The notes under the pieces: model-generated | What the model saw: only the letters and a program-made list of their open reading frames with translations | Told to the model about the DNA's origin: nothing | The model's database searches: none | Assembly: GCA_051942205.1 (NCBI GenBank) | Contig: JAVECO010000052.1 | Location: 62,001 to 126,000 of the forward strand | Direction of reading: 5' to 3' | Origin: Coniocarpon cinnabarinum | Taxonomy: Eukaryota | DNA: 64,000 nt | Program-made: the position numbers and the translations under genes | In this document: one piece after another, positions 24,142-37,288 of the stretch | Position numbering within the stretch: position 1 is the stretch's first letter | Layout of the letters: the number at the start of each line of letters is the position of its first letter

Positions 24142-25014
24142 ATGCACCGCTTGTGTGCTCCTCTCGTACGCACAGCCATCAAGCCGCGTGCACAGCGCAT
24201 CATGTGTTCGTTGCAAGCCAGCCTGCCAGTCCGAGCATGTCAACGGAGCTTTTCCCCCTTGCAACGTCAACGAGCCGCTACCTTCTTCGCACGAGCCTCT
24301 ACCTTTCGACGCATTCCCTCCTTCCGGCATACCACCACCCCGCACAATCATCCAACAAGCTCTCGCACCTTCTCGGGATCCGCCAGCCGCCTTGCGTCTC
24401 CCAGCAAACGACCAGCCAGTAATCCAGACCGAGGCCCAGCCAGCAGTGAAGACACCCAGACCGACTTCAACGCCCTCAATGTCCTCGGTGCGACCAATGC
24501 ACCTACAACCTCGATCGATGAGTGCACAGACTCCTCATTCCTGCTCGACAGCGGTTTGAAAATCACGGATGGAGATGGAGTGATGCTTGTTGGGAGTGAG
24601 GCTTTCGTCTGGCGCCCCTGGATGGCGGCAGCAGACGACAGCTCAGCAACATCTTCGTTTCAAGAGAAGCCCTCACAAATCACGCGGGGCATTGACCTCG
24701 ATCACTCTGGGAACGGCACAGGTGGTTTAGTGGCGACGCCGGGCGTATTCAAGATACCCGCGTCCGCGTTCGGAATACTAGCCCTTGTATGGCCAAAGCC
24801 GGATCTTCTCATCATCGGCACCGGTGCAAAGATTTTGCCATTGGAAAAGCACACGCGAGAGACATTACAGACGCTTGGTGTGCGCATTGAAGTACTCGAC
24901 ACGCGGAACGCAGCCAGCCAATTTAATCTTCTCGCAACAGAGCGAGGAACAAATGAGGTCGCTGCAGCAATGGTGCCCTGTGGCTTCGAGATGCGAAAGG
25001 GGCGTCGCAGGTGA
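24142..25014 (+). CDS. Mth938/DUF498-domain protein, NDUFAF3-like mitochondrial complex I assembly factor
   Basis: Arg/Ser-rich presequence-like N-terminus. Motifs PKPDLLIIGTG and IEVLDTRNAASQFNLLATERG. Confidence 0.88.
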   Translation: MHRLCAPLVRTAIKPRAQRIMCSLQASLPVRACQRSFSPLQRQRAATFFARASTFRRIPSFRHTTTPHNHPTSSRTFSGSASRLASPSKRPASNPDRGPASSEDTQTDFNALNVLGATNAPTTSIDECTDSSFLLDSGLKITDGDGVMLVGSEAFVWRPWMAAADDSSATSSFQEKPSQITRGIDLDHSGNGTGGLVATPGVFKIPASAFGILALVWPKPDLLIIGTGAKILPLEKHTRETLQTLGVRIEVLDTRNAASQFNLLATERGTNEVAAAMVPCGFEMRKGRRR

Positions 25015-26041
25015 AAATTGTGTACGGCCGCTGTATCTGGCTATTGCGGAACAATTGTGGCGAGTCCACTGTGCAAGCACCAAGACCACCCGCCTTAGTA
25101 CCGCCTGAGAGAAATCACAGATGCGGCATGTCGGCGCATGTGGACACGTGCTATTTGTGGGCGGACATGTGCCTCGCTAACCTCAACATCGATATGCATT
25201 CACACGGTTCGCAGTACAAAGTACTCGCCAACGACCACCAGTTGTGATTCCTTCACAGACATGTCAGCAAGCGGCACAAGGCATACTTCTAGAAGACGGG
25301 ATCTTCGGCCTAGTTTCTGTCAGAGGACGGCCTTGACCGTCATCTGCGGAAGGGACAGTTCAATAACAACCAACCCAGCCCAACGGCATGTGTCAGCACT
25401 TGGCCGCCCTCTCGGGCCCAAGCGTGAACCCTGCTGTAATTTATGACCTTGACTCGGAAAGCCTGCGGGAGGCGAAGCATGCGCCGACCCCTTGCAAAAT
25501 GCATCATCTTGCCACTGCTGACTTACTGTGGCGCTATTGCATCAATATCCGGAAGCCACCGCTCGGGCAGGCGAGGGTTCATCACCACGCTCACGAGCCA
25601 TATTGGGGACTAGCGTGTTGCGTGCCAGGTTGATCATTGCCGTGATGTGGCCCACTCTGCTTAGTAAAAAACGAGGACCCGTCACCAACAAGAATAGAGA
25701 GATCAAGCTGGCGTTTTTGACAGGTCCTCGCGAGGAATGCTCTTCTAACCGAATCTGCCAGCATCTCGTCTTTGTTCTCGCAGCTACCAGTCCCTCCAAT
25801 ATCGACGGCGTGGGTGCGTTCCATATGCGGTCCTTGTTGGTGCAATTCTTGAGAAGTGGCAAGTGTCACCATGGAGCTTGCTTTGCAACACTCGAGGAAT
25901 GGCCATATTCGGCAATCCTTGCATTTGCAAATGTTGACGAGCAAGTACTCGTTGACTTTGCTGCCACGGCTTGTCGACGGATCGGATACCTGCTTCTGAC
26001 GTTACCACGGCACATCTTGTGGATTGGGAAACGGGTAAGCG

Positions 26042-26079
<38 letters not shown>

Positions 26080-26084
26080 GAACT
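26042..26084. repeat. (TAC)n microsatellite
   Basis: About 12 perfect TAC/CTA units. Confidence 0.95.
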
Positions 26085-26734
26085 AGAGCGCCATCACCCG
26101 TCCTCTTTCGAACCGCATATCCAATTTCAAAGACGGTCTTCCTAGAAATGGCAAGCCCGCCAGAGTTTCCCATGCACAAGTAGTAGGACTGTCCGTCTCT
26201 GTTCGTTTCTCCCTATCGATGTGATGAATCTTTTATTGCCGTGAAATCGCTTTGGCCGACTGATTTCCTGACTTCCTGTCTCCACGTTGAATGCACTTGC
26301 AAGCATTATATTCTTCGTAATCAAAATGCTTCTAGCTTGGAACCTCTGATATCTGGATCTTCTATTCAATCCACTCACGTGTTTGTAAACTTCCCATAGT
26401 CATCATCATTTCATCACCAGATCTCGGCAGGGTTATTTTACTCAATGGATGTGCACAACGTGTCATACAGTTCAAACTTCTTAAATTGCCCAACAGGAGA
26501 GACTACGTTACATGTCGTCCAATCCTCCAGTCAACGTGCATCGTAAATACTTCATTTCAAGGTATTTGTACATTAACCATGCAGACTGCTCTTCAAAATG
26601 CAAAGTGCCACCAAAATGCACCTCAAACACCACTTTCCATGCATCCACACAAGAACCAACCCCCAGGTAATCCCGTCCCATTCCACGCTCCCATCCAGCT
26701 CTTTATCAAATACCAACCACCCCTCAATAAGGAC

Positions 26735-29700
26735 TCACGCAAAATTATCCCCCCGATCCACCCAAACGTCCTCCATCTCCGCGAAACTCTGAAAATGCAC
26801 AGGCCGATGAATCGCGTCATAAAACCGTTTCGGCGTATCGACCTTGACGTCGACCTCGCGGCGTCCCACATTCTCAAAGCTACTCCCCATGAAGCTGTAG
26901 TTCCAGGCGTCCGTCTCGGGCACCAGGAAAAAGCCCTTGATACGATCAGAGAGCAGTAACTGGCACTTCTCCGCGTAGCCGGAAGTTTGAAAGCCTTGCG
27001 GGCTTTCCGAATTTTTGTCGCGGTTTTGCGCGCCCCACGCGTAGCCTTGGGGTGTCAAGCTCCAGGCGGAGAGGGAGACGGAGCCGGGCGTGAAGGAGAC
27101 GGTCATGGTTACGGTCTTGCTGTCCCAGGAGTCGTGGCGGTTCATGAGGTGGGCGTGGGTCGTGACGTCCTGTGCCGGGAGGAAATGCGGTTCATTGCCG
27201 CTGACGGTATGGATGAGGCCGAGGGACTCAAGGTTCTTCAGACTCTCATGGCGCGGCAGGTGTTGCGGGAGTTGCACATCGCGCGTGTTACCGAACTGCG
27301 GGACCAAGACTATGGTTTTGATTTCTTTGACTTGAGGGGCGTCAGCTGGGGACGAGCCGTAGAGGTATGCAGCGACTTGGGTGCGCAGATCGGCGATGGT
27401 GATGAAGCGCCTGAGAATGTTCTTAGGGAGGATGTAAGTGCAGTGGTCGTCTTCTTTGATGTCTTCGGAGGAGACGTAGATGTTGTTGGCGCGGATGCGC
27501 AGGTTGGCGGATGCGATGGCGCGGGTGCGCCACTCGGTCTTGCTGGCGAACGCCTGTTGTTCGTACTGCGAGGTCGTCGTTACCACGATGTCTTCGCCCA
27601 TCACATTTTGCGTCTTGGTCGTTGTGGCGGTCAGTTGTTGCTGCTCGCCTGCGCCCGACTTGTCGAGCTCGGCGGCTTGCTGACGCTGCATGGACGGCGC
27701 AGAGATTTCCATACCGAGGATGATGTCGCGGACTTCGGAGTTTGTGAGAGAGGACACATTGACGTTGTTCTTCTTGCCGTAGTCGTTGAGGATGAGATCC
27801 TTGAGTGCTGATTCGACATTGATCCATGTTTCGTCGTTGAGCGAGGGCCATATGTGATGTTCCTGAGTAATGACGGTTTTGTCAGGGCGGAGGAGAAGTT
27901 TCGTCTTGTCGGGATTGACGTGAAGAGCGCGCAAGATGAGGATGAGCCGAGAGAAGGCGGTGTAAGACGAGATGGACTTGAGCCAATCATCGTAGAGATT
28001 GTAGAGAACCATCTGAGGCTCAGTCGCCTTGAGGATCATGTCACCGAGTTTCTCGACCTTCATGGCGGCTTGGAATGGCAGCTGGAGCTCGGAGGCGCGG
28101 ATGGAGATATTGGGGAAGTCAAGCAGGTGAACTTCAAGAGGATCAAGCAGACCTTTGCGCGTGACAATCAACTGCTTTGGCTGTTCCTCTACCGGTAATG
28201 AACGAATCAGAGCAGCCACTTCTTCGGCAGTCTTCCACTTGGCGAGTTGTCCAAGACGTTTCTGCCCGGCCCACACGGAAGTGTGGATGATCTTTAAGAA
28301 CAGCTGTCCAGTGCGGGGATTGAAGATGAAGATAGCACCATTGATGGGCTTCGTAGTCAAGTTCCCTTCGAACGTCTTGTGAATGGTGACGCGATAAACG
28401 TTAGTATCGTCAATGAATAGCTGAGTCTGGTTCGAGAACAGCTCACTGTAATTTTGGCTGTTCAGAAACTCTTGATTCGATTCGGACGCGTAGAGCTGCA
28501 ATCCTTTGCGAATTCGCTCACGCAGGACGTAGAGCGCTGGATTGGCTTTCATGACCTTGGCCATGGCTTGCTGCACGAGCTGCTTCAACCCTGGGAAGTA
28601 TTGGCCGTAGGCTGAATACAGGTTGTATGCCAGATCAATGCCGATCATAAGTCCAGTTGAAGATGGGTAAATCGACATGCTATCAGTCGTGTAGTCGAGA
28701 TACTTGGCTCGAACGTATCGTTCAATGTCATGAGAGTCGTAGTCGCCGTATCGTAGTTGAATATCGATCCAGAATTTGTTGGTAGTGGTCGCCTCCATGG
28801 TATCCTTGGTGTCAAAAAGTAGGGACGGCCTTGACACGTTCCACTTGTGGCTAGCAAACAGCAATATATCAGCACACGAGCTGTTCATCTTGTAAGACTT
28901 TCGCGGGTGAATGGTCTCCTTCTGCACAGTCTCGATACCAAGGGCCTCGAGTTCTTGATCAAAGACTTGGCACATATCCATAGTGACGGATTCGTGAATC
29001 TTCTGCCACAAGTGCGCTCGGAAGATTTGGATCAGCGAGATTTTCAGTGTTGGGATCTTGCCGTGCAGGAAGATGCCGGTCAAATCCAGCTGTACCTGGA
29101 AACCAACATAAACGTTTGCACGATTGATGGTCGGCGACCACCACAGGGTGAATCGACGGTTTGGAATTTGGTTAAGACCAGAGCGCTGTGCATTGGTGAG
29201 CTTTTTGAACTTCATGGATTCTTCGAAACCAGATGCTTTCCTGTTTCTAAGTTAGCTTCGAGCTCTTCGTCATATGAGTTGCTAAGGTGAGTACTTACTC
29301 CCAGAAGAGACCTTCCCAAGAGGGGAATGCCGTTGCTTTGAAAAGCGTGTGTTCAAGGATTGTCTCAACACCACCAAGTGCTTGGATAACATCAGTTCTG
29401 TACGCATTCAAATTCCAGAGCTTGCCATCATGCTGTTGATTTGTCCACCAGAACGGGTTGCTCTTCATCATCGTGTATTGCTTGAATTCTGTGCGAGCGC
29501 GAAAGCCCTTATCAAAGCTGAGCGTGCTACGGTCTTTCTGGAACAGGGTGTTAATACGAGGAAGACCACGATCCCAACTGTCCTCCAGGTCTTCCAAGGT
29601 CAAGCGTCGATTCTGCTGGTTAGCCTCCATTCGCTTTTGCGAGTACTCATTCCATACACGCTGGCTATCAATAAACTCAGACTCCCAAGGGATAATGTAT

Positions 29701-32700
29701 CGGAAGATGTTAGGAATCAGCGTCTCCTCATCATGAGACATACCAGCACGGTAATGCGTAACGCCAGTATCTGTCTGCTTCGACCAGCGCTTGTCACTCG
29801 TGGGAATGAGTATATGCGATCCCGAGATCATACCAAGCCCTCCAAGCTCCTTAGGTGTGTAGAAGACGGCCGGTGGAAAACGCGATGGCATCTTAGAATT
29901 CAGCCCAATCTTGACGCGTGTCTGGATCTTCGTTTCACACTTCACAATCGTGTCCAACAGATTCACTGTGGACACAGCAGCTTCGCGATAATATGTGAAG
30001 AGGGCGATCAGCGTTGTATTCCACTTATTGGCAATCTTGGTGAACGTGGTGGATCCCGAAGACATAAGGATCTGTCTTACTCGATTGTTGAACTTCTGCA
30101 CATCTTCTTCCGTCACCTGCAAAAACGCGTGCGCGGTTCGCTCCTTGGTCGCATTGTCTGTCAGTGACCAGACGCTATCCTTCACCGGAAATTCGTCTTC
30201 AGTGTTTCGAATCTTTGGCAGAATGCGCACTTCGAAGCCAGACATGCTGAACAGCAAGTTCGGGTTGTCTCGACTGTACACGCTAGCGAACGTATCGTCC
30301 CATTCAATCGTCGTTACTGACCTTGGCAGTCTGTTTTTCAACTGCCAGAATGTCGCTCGTCCTAGATTGACATCATGTCGCATGAGACGCATTCGCGAGT
30401 CTCTAGGCCAGCATTTCTTATTGTGGTAGCCAATGACGTTTTCAAAATTTGGATCGGGCTGTTCTGTCAAAAATCGCTGTATGAGATCCTTTGACTCGTC
30501 CGCTGAGAACCGGAAGAAAACCCAGATCTTGTCAATATAGCGAGTGTATAGACGAATAGGGTGCTTCGTTTCCGTGGCTCGATCTCGGAATTGAAGGAAG
30601 TCGTTGGAACTTGAAGGCGGACCAGCTATCTCGGTTGCGCGTTGTAGGCCCAGAAGAAGCAGATCAATGACAAGGCCATAGTACTGGAAGATGAAACCAG
30701 AAAACTGCAGCCCTCGAATCAAGCCGTAGCTGTTCACATGATTCATGTCCTTATAGTTGAGATTGACGTTATTCTTGCTTGTGATGTAGTCAGCCAAGTT
30801 GTGATCCATGATTAAACGTAAGAGCCGGTTCAGCAGCGTTAAATCAATCTTCTCATAGACCTTTGAGAGCTGCGTCTCGATCATGACGTTGCATTCGCCA
30901 TCATCAGTCTCCCAGACTTTATGAAGGTTGTTGATACCTTGACACCATTTGTAAGTGAGTAAGGGCGGCACCTCAGAATCGGATGGCTTGATCCAAGCGG
31001 GGAAAAGCCGATGCTGATCTGCTTGATACCACAGATATTGATCCAGATATGCATCGGTGATCTTTTCAATTGGTTCCACGTCGTACACTGGATTTATATG
31101 GCTGTAGTTGTCATTCATGTCGATGCCGACTTCTTTAAATGCTCGTTGTGTGAGCAAGAAGCGTTTGATCCGAGCAAGCGTTGTGCCAGGGGAGTCATAA
31201 GCCTGTTCAATCAACGCCAATTCCTCACGTTGGCTCTGGTTCAGGCGGCCCTTTACCGAATACGCTTCTCGTAGCCGCTCGAGCGCAAGAATCAGAATTT
31301 TGGTGTCATGTTTGTATGAAACGCTGGGAAACGGGATTGGCTGAAACTTCCGGGATTCGAGCCAGTGCACCGTCGTCGTGTAGATGGCGACTGCTTCCTC
31401 AGACGAGACATACGGGCCATCTTTCATATAGTTGTGCTGCCGCTCTTGCTCAGCCTTCAGCCACAATCGCGTCAGGCGTCCCAGGTTTTTCTTCGCAACT
31501 GTCTTGTCCACGGTCGCACCACGTCTAATACGCTCTCGATTGTAATGGGCTACGCTGATCCACCAGTCCGCCTTGTTCTTGACATACCTTAGTATGACGT
31601 TCTCAATAGGCGCAGGCAAGCCGGGAACCTTCCAAGGAATGTTACTCTTCCAACATCGCCATGCTTCTGAGAGATGTTGGAGGACCACTTGAACTTTGTT
31701 TTGTCTCACACCCTCTGGCATCATATCCATGAGGTCAGACATAACAGACGCACGCAGTTCGAGGTCGAAATGCGACTCAACACGTTGCTTAGTCACGGTT
31801 TTGGCCACGCCTTTGCTGTGTCTTCCCTCAAACTGTCTGGACAACAAGTTGCCTAGCCATCGCTCTAGAAGAGGGATGATACCTCGAAGGAAGAACAGCC
31901 ACACTCGCCACGCAGGCGCCCAGAAACCGCATCCTGGGCCCTTGCCGACCGGACTAGCATTGAAGCGGTAATAGATCAAGTGCTTCAGATCTTTGCAGGA
32001 TCGAATCTGATGCATGAGCTTATACTTGTATCGGTACATGCCAGTCAACTGTCCGACGTGGTTAAACGCGTAAAGGATACCATCTGCCAACTGATATGCA
32101 TCAATGTTACCGAGCCGATATTGAACTTGCGCGTCGACAATGAGTTTCGTCAACCGGAGAATCTCGCGCATTAAATGGAAAGCATTACCAAATCGAGACT
32201 TCTTGCGCTCTTTAGTCGTGAGCGTCTTGATGGGCTTCAGGTTGAAATTGTAGTCGAGGTGCAGGTACGTAAGGTTCTTGCGGTGGATCAGGAGATTGAG
32301 CATGTTGAAACCCTGGCGACAGACTTGCAGCCCGGCTTCAACCCAGTCAATGGTCGTCTGCTGAAAGAACTTGGTCGATTTCAGCGAAGTCATCAAATCC
32401 TGCTTTCGTTGCGCTTTGCCGTTCTTTTTGTGCAGCTCATTGAGCACATGAGTCTTCAGCAGCTTTTGGTAGGATACTCTCACTTTTACTGATGGGCCTT
32501 GCGGGACATGTTCAAGATACCAGTGCTTCACAAGAGGTACGTCTTGAGCTCTGATCATGTGTCCAGATCTCTGATTGAACGGGAAAGGCGCCCACCATAA
32601 CGCGATCGCTGAAGACGTATCAGCATTGTACAAGTCTTCATCCTTCAAGAAAGGTGTGGCGTTCTGAGGTAGCTCGAAATCGTCCTCTTCATCATTGCCC

Positions 32701-33902
32701 TCACCGAAGATCTCATCTTCGTGGCTTCTGGGCAGATTCTTTGGCTGGACGGCTCGCGATGAAATAGCATTGATCGATGGATCGAAGAAAAATGTCGGTA
32801 AATCAGGGTCCTCTGTCTTTACGTAGACAACTAGCGGATGTGAATACCAGCCGAGCCTGACACTGCGTGGAAGTGAATTGTAGAGGAAGGGAAACGTGAC
32901 GCGGTACTCAGCGCGCATGGGTGCACGAAAGATAATGCGATCAATTGCATTGAATTCACCGAAATCTTCATCATTGGGGTCAATGTCTTTGTAAAGCGGT
33001 TCAAATCTTGGACCACCCGGTATGGCAACATTGAGTGCTTTAGCCGTAAAAAAGCTGTCAAGGTCAAACATATACGACGAATTCGGATCCACCAAATCAG
33101 TCATAAGCTGACCGCTGAGCCGATGCAGATTCGCCATCTGTTGGAGATTCAAGTTCCATGTCTTGTAGCTCGGTCCATTGGAGTGATCTGTATCCGAGAG
33201 AGGTCGATGATCATATAGCCAATCATAGACTGGCTCATCATCCTGCTCGTCAAGCTCCATCTGGATGGGCTCTAGCGGCTCGACGTCTTCTAAGTTCTCA
33301 GACCAAGAGAGCGGAGGCTCTTCATCATCGAAAGGTGGAAATCGCATTCGCTTGAAATGCCGTCGATCAGCTTTCTCACGCCTCATACACATCCACATAG
33401 TTGCCCATTGCGCGTGAAATACGGGCTCGATGACCCTCGGCGTTTCGTTGACCAATGTCAAACACCCATTAACGTGATACAGAACTTTCACATCCCTTGT
33501 CGCTTCCCATGGCATTGGCATGTTCTCCAGCAATTTGAAAACAGCATGTGGCATAAATTTCAGTGCACCAAGGTAACTTCTTTTGTCACTGCTGAACTTC
33601 TTTTGTGAAACGTCGCCGATGTCCCGAACAATCTTCCGCAGATGCTCTGGCGGCATGTCCGTCTTTTGCGACTCCACAAAGCCACCTTTCCGCTTCTCGC
33701 CAAACCTCTGCTTCTGCAGCTTCAACCATTCTCGCTTCTTCTGCTGTAGCTTTGCATCTTGAGGATCCGGCGGTGACTCTTGATAGCCTGGGGGCGGAGG
33801 TGGCGGCGGCGCGCTTGACGCGTCGGCTGGAATCCATCCTGGAGGAGGTGGTGGCGGGGCTTGGTTGACCCCGGGAGGGGGAGGAGGTGGTGGATGATTC
33901 AT
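26735..33902 (-). CDS. PRP8: Pre-mRNA splicing factor Prp8, intein-less; exons 33902-29299 and 29240-26735
   Basis: Pro-rich N-terminus, [64 protein letters not shown], RNaseH-like and Jab1/MPN C-terminal regions. One 58-nt intron (29241-29298; GTAAGT...GCTAAC...CAG). Confidence 0.99.
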
Positions 33903-34272
33903 CGTGGTGACAGGGGACTAATTAATCATGCGTCTGGATAGGAAGGGTGTTCCAGAGCAAGAGGAAGTGCTCTTGACAGAAGGTGCTGGATACGCGCCAG
34001 GACGCAGAAAGTCGGCGGCTTCGAGGGTGGGTAGACTGAGACGCAAAACTCGAAAAGAAGTGGAGCGCCGACTGTATCGAAAGCGCTGCGATTTGCGCGA
34101 ATCTTCAATCTCGAAAGTCAACGAGCCTCTCTCACCAGAAGCTCAATGCGCAAAGCCGACGCCGATGCTGCGAGGCAAGGGGATGGGAATGGCGTTGCTT
34201 GAAGATTGAAAGTCCGTACCTCAATATCAAAGATCTAGCTTCGATCGTCCCAAGCTCATCAGGCAAAATCGC

Positions 34273-34280
34273 GTCACGTG
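34273..34280. promoter_or_regulatory. GTCACGTG E-box (Cbf1-type) in the PRP8/RPL34 divergent promoter
   Basis: Exact RTCACGTG match about 130 bp upstream of the RPL34 ATG. Function is inferred. Confidence 0.4.
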
Positions 34281-34411
34281 CGGAGGCACTTAAACTTTCT
34301 GGACTAGCTCCCGCGCGGAACGCTCCGCTCACGCAAAGACTTCTGCACACGTTCGACTCTACCGCGAGAACCAAAATTCATCGCGCGGCAACAGCACGTT
34401 CAACCTTCACG

Positions 34412-34957
34412 ATGCCGTCTCAGGATCATCGACTGCTTTACGTACGTGCAGTAACGTTTCAGGGCGCAGTCGAATGTAACTGACTAGAGGCAGCGCCGCC
34501 GTCTCGGCTATCGCACAAAATCAAACAGTCTGTATCCTCGAAGAATCGATTCATTAAACAAGTGCTAACGTCAGCGCAGCTGTTCGGATCTCCCGCACTC
34601 CTGGCAACAAGGTTGTCTATCTCCACGAAAAGAAGCGGGGTACACCTCCAAAGTGTGGTGACTGCGGATGCAAGCTCCCTGGTGTATGTCCAACAGGCAC
34701 AATCCACTCAAACGGGACCACATATGCTTTGCAAGGCACCAAATGGTACGGCAGAAGCTGATAATTCTGTGCAGATTCCAGCTCTCCGACCACGTCAATA
34801 TGCCACCATTTCGAAACCTAAAAAGACAGTGCAACGAGCTTATGGTGGTTCGCGATGCGCAAACTGTGTACGGGACAGGATTACGAGGGCGTTTTTGATC
34901 GAAGAGCAGAAGATTGTGAAGAAGGTATTGAAGGAGAGCAAGGGTGGTCGGAGGTAG
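34412..34957 (+). CDS. RPL34: 60S ribosomal protein eL34; exons about 34412-34441, 34494-34527, 34580-34683, 34775-34957
   Basis: Spliced product [21 protein letters not shown]...RTPG...[63 protein letters not shown]. The boundaries of intron 2 are ambiguous by a few nucleotides. Confidence 0.96.
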
Positions 34958-35246
34958 AGTCATGTTGCAAAACGAGATTGTGAAAAAGGAACTCCGCACG
35001 TTGTGGCTCGGGGCTGTCTCGTGAGAGATCGCGATAGCACGTAATGAACTGCGGATCGTTCACTATACTCCCAGGATGAACACTTTCGTGGGAAGCACGC
35101 CTTTCTCAAATTTGGTCAGAAATGCAAATACTCTGCAACTCGTACGTGCCTCCAAACAACACTTGCCAGCCTTTGCATGCGTCGGCATAGTTTCTGATTA
35201 TCTACGTTCATGGTCCAATTATGCACAATCCTGGATATATCTTCAA

Positions 35247-35993
35247 TCACTTTTTGCCTTTCTTCGAACCGGTACTTGACCTCACCTCACCCTTCAAACC
35301 TCCTGGTCTCCCTTCTTCCTTACCTGCACTGCTGATCAAGTCCATTAGATTATCATCTTCCCCAAAATCTTCACCCCAAGCTTGTGTAGTCCCCAGCCCT
35401 TGACCAGCTGGATCCGCCTCCTTCTGTTGCTTGACAGCCGCAGCCGGAGGCCTGTCTCCACCAATCTTCCCATCCACTTCAACGTCTCCATCTTCTTGCC
35501 TGCTCACTCGGCCTTCACTCTTCTGACCTCGTCTCGCGTCGCCTGCTCTAATCTCCATCATCGTGCCCTCTTCTTCCCTTGTCCCGACTACTTCATCATC
35601 TGCACCCGATTCTTCCGTCTGTGCAGGTGCAGGCATGCCCTCTCGTGCATCAAATGCCCTTCCAAACTTCCTCCTAAATGCTCTTAGACGCCCTGCCTCG
35701 TCTTCCTCCACATTTGCCATGCGGACATTGCTTGGATTCCACATGGGGTTGTTTCTTGTATCACGCGTCGAGCGATAGACAGGTGCGGGTGAGGTGGTTC
35801 GGTGCAAGAACGTGGATCCATCTGACAGAGTGACCAGTTGTGTAAAAGAGTAAGGGCGTTTAGGACGTGGCAGAAATGTTGCGTGCCGTTTCTGGCTGAC
35901 CACATGCTGCGAAGGCTTCACACCGCAGAACGGGAATTCGGAAGGAGACCACGATATGTGATGTGGACGAACAGCGGAGTGCATCGTAGCCAT
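35247..35993 (-). CDS. MRPL36: Mitochondrial ribosomal protein bL31m (YmL36-like)
   Basis: Motif RPYSFTQLVTLSDGSTFLHRTTSPAPVYRSTRDTRNNPMWNP...EEDEAGRLRAFRRKFGR after a presequence-like N-terminus. Confidence 0.85.
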   Translation of the reverse strand: MATMHSAVRPHHISWSPSEFPFCGVKPSQHVVSQKRHATFLPRPKRPYSFTQLVTLSDGSTFLHRTTSPAPVYRSTRDTRNNPMWNPSNVRMANVEEDEAGRLRAFRRKFGRAFDAREGMPAPAQTEESGADDEVVGTREEEGTMMEIRAGDARRGQKSEGRVSRQEDGDVEVDGKIGGDRPPAAAVKQQKEADPAGQGLGTTQAWGEDFGEDDNLMDLISSAGKEEGRPGGLKGEVRSSTGSKKGKK

Positions 35994-37288
35994 TTTCCGG
36001 AGTCCCAGCGGACTTCGATCCAGTCAGGTAAAGATATCAAAGGTTGACGTGCACCGATCGGTGCTTGCTGCGGTGAATTCCGTCTATTCGAGAAGATTCA
36101 AAGGAAAGCTGCCATTGGATTGCGAAAAGAGGGCAAGATAGAGTATACAACGATATTCGATCTGTTATTGACGCGGTTTACACACCTCGAAGCTCTCCGT
36201 GATGATTAGGTATAGGCAAGCCGACGTAGCTAGGGTAAAACCCTAGCATTTGACAGCACCGCTCTTCTCATGCGAAAATGCCTGCTTAAGGGGCTCATAG
36301 AAGTCTTCTTGTGGCAGGCTATCTCCTGCCATTTGAGCCGCCATGCGAATCCTTCAGGCTTCAGGGTCCTCTCGCCTGCATCAGCAAGAGAAAATACATT
36401 GCAAGTTCACCATGGTAGCTGTGACGGTTGAGCACATCGCTCCTTCAAAGCATCGGCAAATCTTTGGGTTAATGATGTTGCGCTCAATTTATGCATCACG
36501 ATCACTGGATGTGCAACGCGCTTCATCGCGAGCCGCTTGTATCCGATTGAGCACTTGTCCAAGAAGGCCACGAGGTCGGGCTACGTTGTGGACCAGGCTT
36601 TCGGCCTTTTGCATATTTGACGGGCGCATAACCCCCGATTGGTCGACTCGCACTGCTGCCGCAGTCTTTTGCATGCTGACGGCATTTGGAGCTGCTACGT
36701 TCTCCCATACCTTGCAAACCTGGTACGGCAGCCATCCCGAAAGGCTTCTCGATGAAGCAGATGAAGAGATCAGTTCGGCTGAAACAAAAAAGCATCATGC
36801 AGACTCTCCTCGATTCCCGCCTTGTTGTTGTAAAATTGAAACCGATGACAGGTAGGGATTACTCAAGATAGGATTGCTCAAGGAATAGTAAAATCGTTAC
36901 TTTCAGTATAGCTCAGCGTAGTACCAACGCAATGCCTGCACTGCTGCTAAGTAAACTGAGCGCGTGAGCATCGTGGCGATTCAGTATTAGCAAGAGGCAA
37001 GCCAAGCCGGGAGTGACCTGCATGAATAGTGAGACGGCAGCACTCGTTTATCTGCAGATCGGTCTCCACGTTTGAGCGCACGTTCCGTGCCGAAGACTTT
37101 CTACATTGCTGACACTTTCCTGATGCAACCTCTTCGATGGCTTATTACTACTGATGCTCTTAGATTAGGCATGAATCCGTCTCTGTGCTTTAGCCCCACT
37201 CACCGCAGCCTCGACGTATGTGCTTTCCGTAACACCCTCTTCATCCGTCGCACACGGTCTCCTTGACGCAAAGTGCTCACCAACGACA

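Noticed and set aside
25528..26183. ORFs with poly-Leu, poly-Val or poly-Thr tracts
   Set aside because: They arise from the (TAC)n microsatellite read in different frames.
26735..33902. PRP8 split into two ORFs as an intein, frameshift or split gene
   Set aside because: A canonical 58-nt intron rejoins the frames and no intein residues lie between KA and SGFEE.
36343..36855. 170-aa ORF upstream of the Pth11-like gene
   Set aside because: No recognisable family motif or consistent exon structure, so it cannot be supported as a gene.
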